A stretch of DNA of 64,000 nt from Amoebidium appalachense (taxonomy: Eukaryota; Protista; Ichthyosporea). The notes beneath the pieces were generated by a model. The model did no database searches and was not told the origin of the DNA. It saw only the letters and a program-made list of their open reading frames with translations. Positions 28,816 through 64,000 of this stretch are shown here, piece by piece (the first letter of the stretch is position 1; every line of letters starts with the position of its first letter). The DNA lies in assembly GCA_963693365.1 (NCBI GenBank), contig CAVNZM010000001.1, forward strand, positions 5,844,907 to 5,908,906, in the 5' to 3' direction. Both the position numbers and the translations under genes were made by a program.

Positions 28816-29202
28816 GCATTTGAGGAATTTCGTTTCTCGCCAACAAGGCACCACCCGGCCGTACCCCCTACTGGCATGCTTACGTTGCTTGTACCCACGC
28901 CGCCCCTTGCCATCCGTTATCGAACCACCCCTCTTTTCCTCCCGATCCCTCGTCTCTCCCCGCTCTCCCCACCGCCTACTCTCGCCTTTCGTCCATCTGG
29001 GGCCCCACCCCAGGCTCGCAAACTGGCAAACCCCTAGTTCCAACCAATATCCTTTTCTTTTGCCTACAAGCTCGACCCTTTTCCCCCTTTCGTCTTCAAA
29101 CTCCTTCCCTACCTAATAGAACCCCAAAGGGATACTCCTTTTATTTTCTCCGCTCTAATCGCTGTTCTTGTGCCTGTCAAACCTTTCTGCCCTACCGTCC
29201 CC

Positions 29203-29259
<57 letters not shown>

Positions 29260-29292
29260 TCGCACCCCCTACCCCCTTTTGCCGTCATCACG

Positions 29293-37829
<8,537 letters not shown>

Positions 37830-38328
37830 AAACAAGGACACTGATGGCGGCCGCAGAGTCCTCGGGGCAGCCATCGGCACTGTGTTGTGGCCACGGTGGA
37901 CAAATCAGGACGGGGCTTTGCCATGTGCCATGACCCCCACCACGACGGAAATTTCATCGATGGACCCCCTGTATGGGTGGGATTTTTCGCAGCTACCTCG
38001 CCTGCTGGTGCAAAATTTGTCGTGTAGACCGGAAAGTAAAAGCTATAGCTGCACCTTTCAAAAGGATGTGTGTGCTGTTGGATATGTGAGGGTTGTACCG
38101 TGCTCTGAAACCCGATCGGTGGTCGACAACTCTTAGTAATTAGTGCTCAATATTGCGGAGAACACTCTGTAAATACCACCTCTATGGAAGCGATCGCTTG
38201 GACTGCCTCAAGCCGTATGTTCTGCCTCCTTCGGTCGAGTACTGGGTGGCTGGTTCAGACTCAATAAATTTACGTGGCCCAAGCTGGCTTCCCTCTCTCT
38301 CGTCGAGCCCTTTTTGCCTTTACCCCCC

Positions 38329-38877
38329 CAAGTGCATCCATGATGGACATCGTGTTGCAGAGTGCAAAGCACAAAGCGTATGCATAGTAAACAGAGCCCA
38401 TCCTCATGGGGGAGCAAAGCCATCAAGAGTACCCAAGTTTCGACCCATTCACCTCGACGGAACCCAACACGTGCACAGATACAGTACTGTTCACTTGAAC
38501 ATTACTATCAGTGGGTCACTTGCCTGAGCAGAGAACCCCCCCCCCCCTCTTTAACATAAACAAATAAACAAATATAAATGAGAGTAAAAAAACTTAAAAT
38601 AAAAACAATCAACCAACACATATAAAATAGAACACCATCATCAGGGCACGTGCCTTGCACTGACACTGGCACGACTGCAGGGCATCCCACTAATAATAAT
38701 GTTCAAGTGAACAGTACTGTATCTGTGCACGTGTTGGGTTCCGTTGACGAGGTGAATGGGTCGAAACTTGGGTACTCTTGATGGCTTTGCTTCCCCATGA
38801 GGATGGGCTCTGTTTACTATGCATACACTTTGTGCTTTGCACTCTGCAACACGATGTCCATCATGGATGTGTACTTG
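38329..38877. mobile_element. Inverted (head-to-head) pair of diverged PLE pseudo-LTR fragments (family C)
   Basis: Arms ~38329-38515 and ~38686-38877 are near-perfect reverse complements. Both carry ATGTTCAAGTGAA, GGTCGAAACT and TGAGGATGGGCTCTG, shared with the PLE pseudo-LTR. Confidence 0.8.
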
Positions 38878-38983
38878 AAGTTCGTGCTATATAACATGAA
38901 GTTCGTGGTATATAACATGAAGTTCGTGCTATATAACATGAAGCCGAATTCGTGCTATATAACATGAAGTTCGTGCTATATAA
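38877..38983. repeat. 21-bp minisatellite, ~5 copies
   Basis: GAAGTTCGTGCTATATAACAT tandem units directly abutting the right arm of family C. Confidence 0.85.
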
Positions 38984-39910
38984 TGTGTACACACCCTACA
39001 TCGATACATCGATGCCATGGTCTGTCTGCAATGCATGGGTGCATGCATGTGTGTCCATGTATCTAAGCATCCAGATCATATGATCATGTGTTTTGATAGT
39101 ATATATTGATGATTCTGATGACTTGTGCCCAAGCATATGTGCATGTTCACGCAAATTCATGTGACTGTGCACGCGTACGTCATATATGTGACGTATGTGG
39201 GTGTGCGAGGTGACTGTATGTCCAAAAAAGGTGTGTGTGCACCGTGGTGGTGGTGCTGGTGCTGCTGGTGGTGGTGGTGATGGTGGGGGGGGGGGGGGGG
39301 GGGGACGGGGGAGGACGTGGAATTCATGGAGTGGAAAGTGCACACATGGATTTACTGACCACAACAGTTATTAACACTGTTGTTTTTATTAGCTTATATA
39401 CCAGGAAAATCATGGTCAACGAAGTACTGTAACACCCAAAACTAGATGCTAGAATCATACGTTGGGTACGTTGGGTAACACCATAAATGGTGTCTATTAC
39501 ATAGATTTACACTTAAATAGGGCTATTCTATACATGGATGAGGGAAAGCGGTATAATTCATTTCGTCAATTTGACTACACAAAAACTGGCAAGAAACCGA
39601 AAAACCAAGACTAGGTCTGCCATAAATAACAGGACCCACATCGCACTAGCACATTGCAGGGTGTGCGAGTGAGTGAAGGAGTGAGTGTACGTGAGCCTGT
39701 GTGTGTGTGTGTGCTTGTGTGTGCACGTGCGCACAGGTTCGCATAGGCATTCTGACCTTGAGATAAAAACCCCTACAATGCTTTTTTCTTGCAAGACCTT
39801 CCGCAATCCCTTTTGGGCACATCCAGCATTCATACATTCAATTCGTACAAAACCATTCTTCTAGCACCCATATGCCTATCATAACCAATCCCCCTCCCCC
39901 CCCCCCCCCC

Positions 39911-39945
<35 letters not shown>

Positions 39946-40683
39946 TCCTCTTCACCGCAGCCTTGGCACAGTCACCTTCCACCACAAACTTCGACCTCCA
40001 TCCACACAGCCATCCAAAAAGGCAACACATACATCGATTTCACTGGCTACTCGAGGTGCAGTGCAGCCACGACAGCGCCATAGATCTGCTTGTAGAGCCA
40101 CGCACTGCCGCTCGTCCTGTGTATCCTTAGCCCCTGCATGTTGAGTAGCCACACTTTGACCACCTCCACTTCTACCTCCACACGTTCGCTGCTGCTGCTG
40201 TGCACACAGCGGACAAGATAGTCGCTTTTCTGCTCTCAAAAAAAGCACGTGTGAGCAAATGAGTGTGTGCACGTTGTACGTGGTGGGTATGCATGTTGCT
40301 TCTGTGTGCCTGTGCGCATGGGCGTGCATGTTTGTGTGTGTGTGCGTGATATGATGCCTGTAATGGGGTATGCATATTTTATGCTTCGGGTTGGTGGCCT
40401 CTATTAGATGAGCCACCATGTTCTGGAAGTACTCGTATAAAAAGACGAACCCCTCCCCCCCCCACCCACCCACCCTTCCTCCCTCCCTCCTCTCCCCTCC
40501 CCTCCTCCCTCCCTTTCCCCGTCAAAACACATCTGCAATAGCAAGGCAAAGCAAGCCCCTCTCCTCTTCTCTAGTACTCCCACGCGGACACCGCACCCAC
40601 CCAACCTTTGTCATCCTCCCACCCAACCACTTCACCCACCCACTCTTTCACCGCAATCACGGGGCCAGGGGGGCACACCCACC

Positions 40684-52661
<11,978 letters not shown>

Positions 52662-54383
52662 TCTCAAGTCAGCCACGTGTGGACACTACAGGCCGAAAGA
52701 GATGCAAACTTTCGTGTTGATAGGCCTTGCCTTCTGGACCCGTACGTACTGTACGGAGACGGATGGCTCGGGCAGGCTCGGGCTAGACCAACCCAGCCGC
52801 AGGTGGTACAGCAGGCTCGCCACTCGCCGCTACTAGCACGAAGATCTTGTATACACTACCTCTTAGCCTAGACTCTAACCCACTACACGTGTCAACCCAA
52901 GAAATCCGGCCTCCCTTAGAAAAGTTTCAAAGTTTCTCCACAGCCTCGAGACTCCGAACGGTGAACCAATGTTACTTGCCAAAAATGGCTCGAAGCATTA
53001 TTCTCCAATCAAAAACGATGGCAATCACAACGGTGGGCTCACCGACATCACCGTGCAGCCACATCGAATGACAGCAGTGTGTATGTACAGTAGATAATAG
53101 CCAATATCTAATACATGGAAGAAAGGGTAAATTGATAATAGTAGTTCACAGTATGATAACTATGTACCGTACTGTATATAGTATATACCGTACTTGTTGG
53201 TTGCCAGGAAGGTCAACGACTCCCAATCAAAATCGGCACTGAAAGGAATAATTTCCAGGGGTCGAATTATTGCCTACTATTTTTATTTTATTTTATCCCG
53301 TTTCACTCCCGGCGAGGCACTGCCTCAGGGGAGCTTACCGTCTTCCGCCTAGACACAGATCGTACTGTAGAGCACACTCATACGTCAGGATTCTAATTGA
53401 CCCCAACTGGCACTATTTTTAGTTACGCCTTATCCCACGGTTCTAGCCGCAGCAACGCTAGTGGGGAAGTGAGCACAGCTCACTTTAACAACACCAGCCG
53501 GGAGCGACCCGGGACACATACACAAACATAAAGACTTGAAAGGGAAGACCCCATGCCCAGGACGCTGACCTGAACCGTGGCCGGTGACTAATGATTGGGT
53601 CTCCCACTTGAACGTTGGGCCGGGATGCCCAAGCGGCGCGCCGTCGACGTCAGAAGGCCGGTGCTGTTCATGACGTCGACATGTCTTGCGGCCGGATGAT
53701 AACAAATTGGTGGTGCTGCTTGACGTGGTCTTGGGTGATGGCTTCTAGGGGGCGGCCAGACCGGTGGACTGTCGAGGCAGAACAAAAATCGGAAGTAACC
53801 AGGATCGATCCTGCGAAGCTTGACACGCAGAGATCTTCTTACCATTGCACCAACCCGCCCCCCACTAAGTACTGCCGAATATGGAACCCTGAAAAAAAAA
53901 CAGGGCTACAACACTCAATTGTGAGGGTCACAACCGCAACCACCACATCCATCTCTTCCTTTTAAACAAATATTTTCAGTTTCAACAGATAAAACTATTA
54001 TTAGCAAGTATGAATATTCACACGACTACTGCTGCCTACAGACGTCACTCAGACGGCTCTTAAGAGCCACAAGAAACTTTGAAGAATTGTGAACTGTATT
54101 GCTAACCCTGAAATGTAGGACTCCTATTGGCTAACCTAATAAATTTGGCGCGAGATTTGACAGATGGCTCACCGTGATCGATGGAGCCATTTACTGGCAG
54201 GCCTACTTCCGGAGTTCTCCTGTCAAACATAGCTGCCAAACATTGGGAGGAATATCGACATTTTGGTGGCTACTGCTTTAGTTTCGGTTATCATATTATT
54301 GTTAGAGTGAGCATAAAGCTTACGGTAGTCTGATGGCAACATGGAGAGGTATCGAGAAGACGGCGAGAATCTGCTGAGCGAGA

Positions 54384-63629
<9,246 letters not shown>

Positions 63630-64000
63630 GTTTCTCTCCTGTGTTGATTTTTTTTGAACTGTATTCTGTAATGATGTAGACCGTCAAGATTCTGAGCAGC
63701 AGACATGACATATATGTGTGCTGTTGTGTTCGGGCGTCACTTTTAAACATGTCAAAATGGAATGTTTCATCAACAAAAAGCACCTTGCACATGAAGGCAG
63801 TAGCAGCGACACGCGCACAAATGTCACGGCCGCTAGGAGCACAATGGCATGCATGAGAGGTCATCATCATAGGGCTGTCACCCCACGTGACGCAAACCAC
63901 TCACCGCACCAATGTCATATGCACTCACATGTACACAAGGACCTGATGCAACCACGTGTGGCTGCACATGTACACAAATTATATATCCTGGCGCCTGTTA

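Noticed and set aside
38877-38983. CRISPR-like array
   Set aside because: Units are contiguous with no spacers, and the context is eukaryotic with no cas genes.
53430-53965. GC-rich short ORFs between the kinase and SPO11
   Set aside because: No motif or splice support. More likely part of the divergent promoter or UTR region.

Overview
Eukaryotic genomic DNA of undetermined lineage (probably a unicellular eukaryote), with spliceosomal introns packed with (CA/GT)n, (GA)n and poly-C/poly-G tracts. Most six-frame ORFs are artefacts of these repeats. Host genes reconstructed by hand: a mitochondrial carrier (SLC25, minus, runs off the left edge), an intronless secreted Thr/Val-repeat protein (minus), a MARK/Kin1-type kinase with KA1 domain (minus), a SPO11-2-like gene (plus) and a possible small 3-exon gene. 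Mobile DNA: a decayed chromodomain Ty3/gypsy LTR element, an intact APE-RT non-LTR element with two truncated relatives, two MITE-like elements, and an intact Penelope-like element (PLE) of the N-terminal GIY-YIG Naiad/Chlamys type with 310-bp pseudo-LTRs. The main finding is a ~160-nt RNA motif in the pseudo-LTR. It occurs five times in the window as three sequence variants, with compensatory base changes in several helices, including a pseudoknot, and a conserved tandem G.A (K-turn/SECIS-core-like) motif. It is not a canonical hammerhead, so it is a candidate undescribed structured RNA or ribozyme of this PLE clade. Several PLE 3' ends sit exactly in poly-C tracts.
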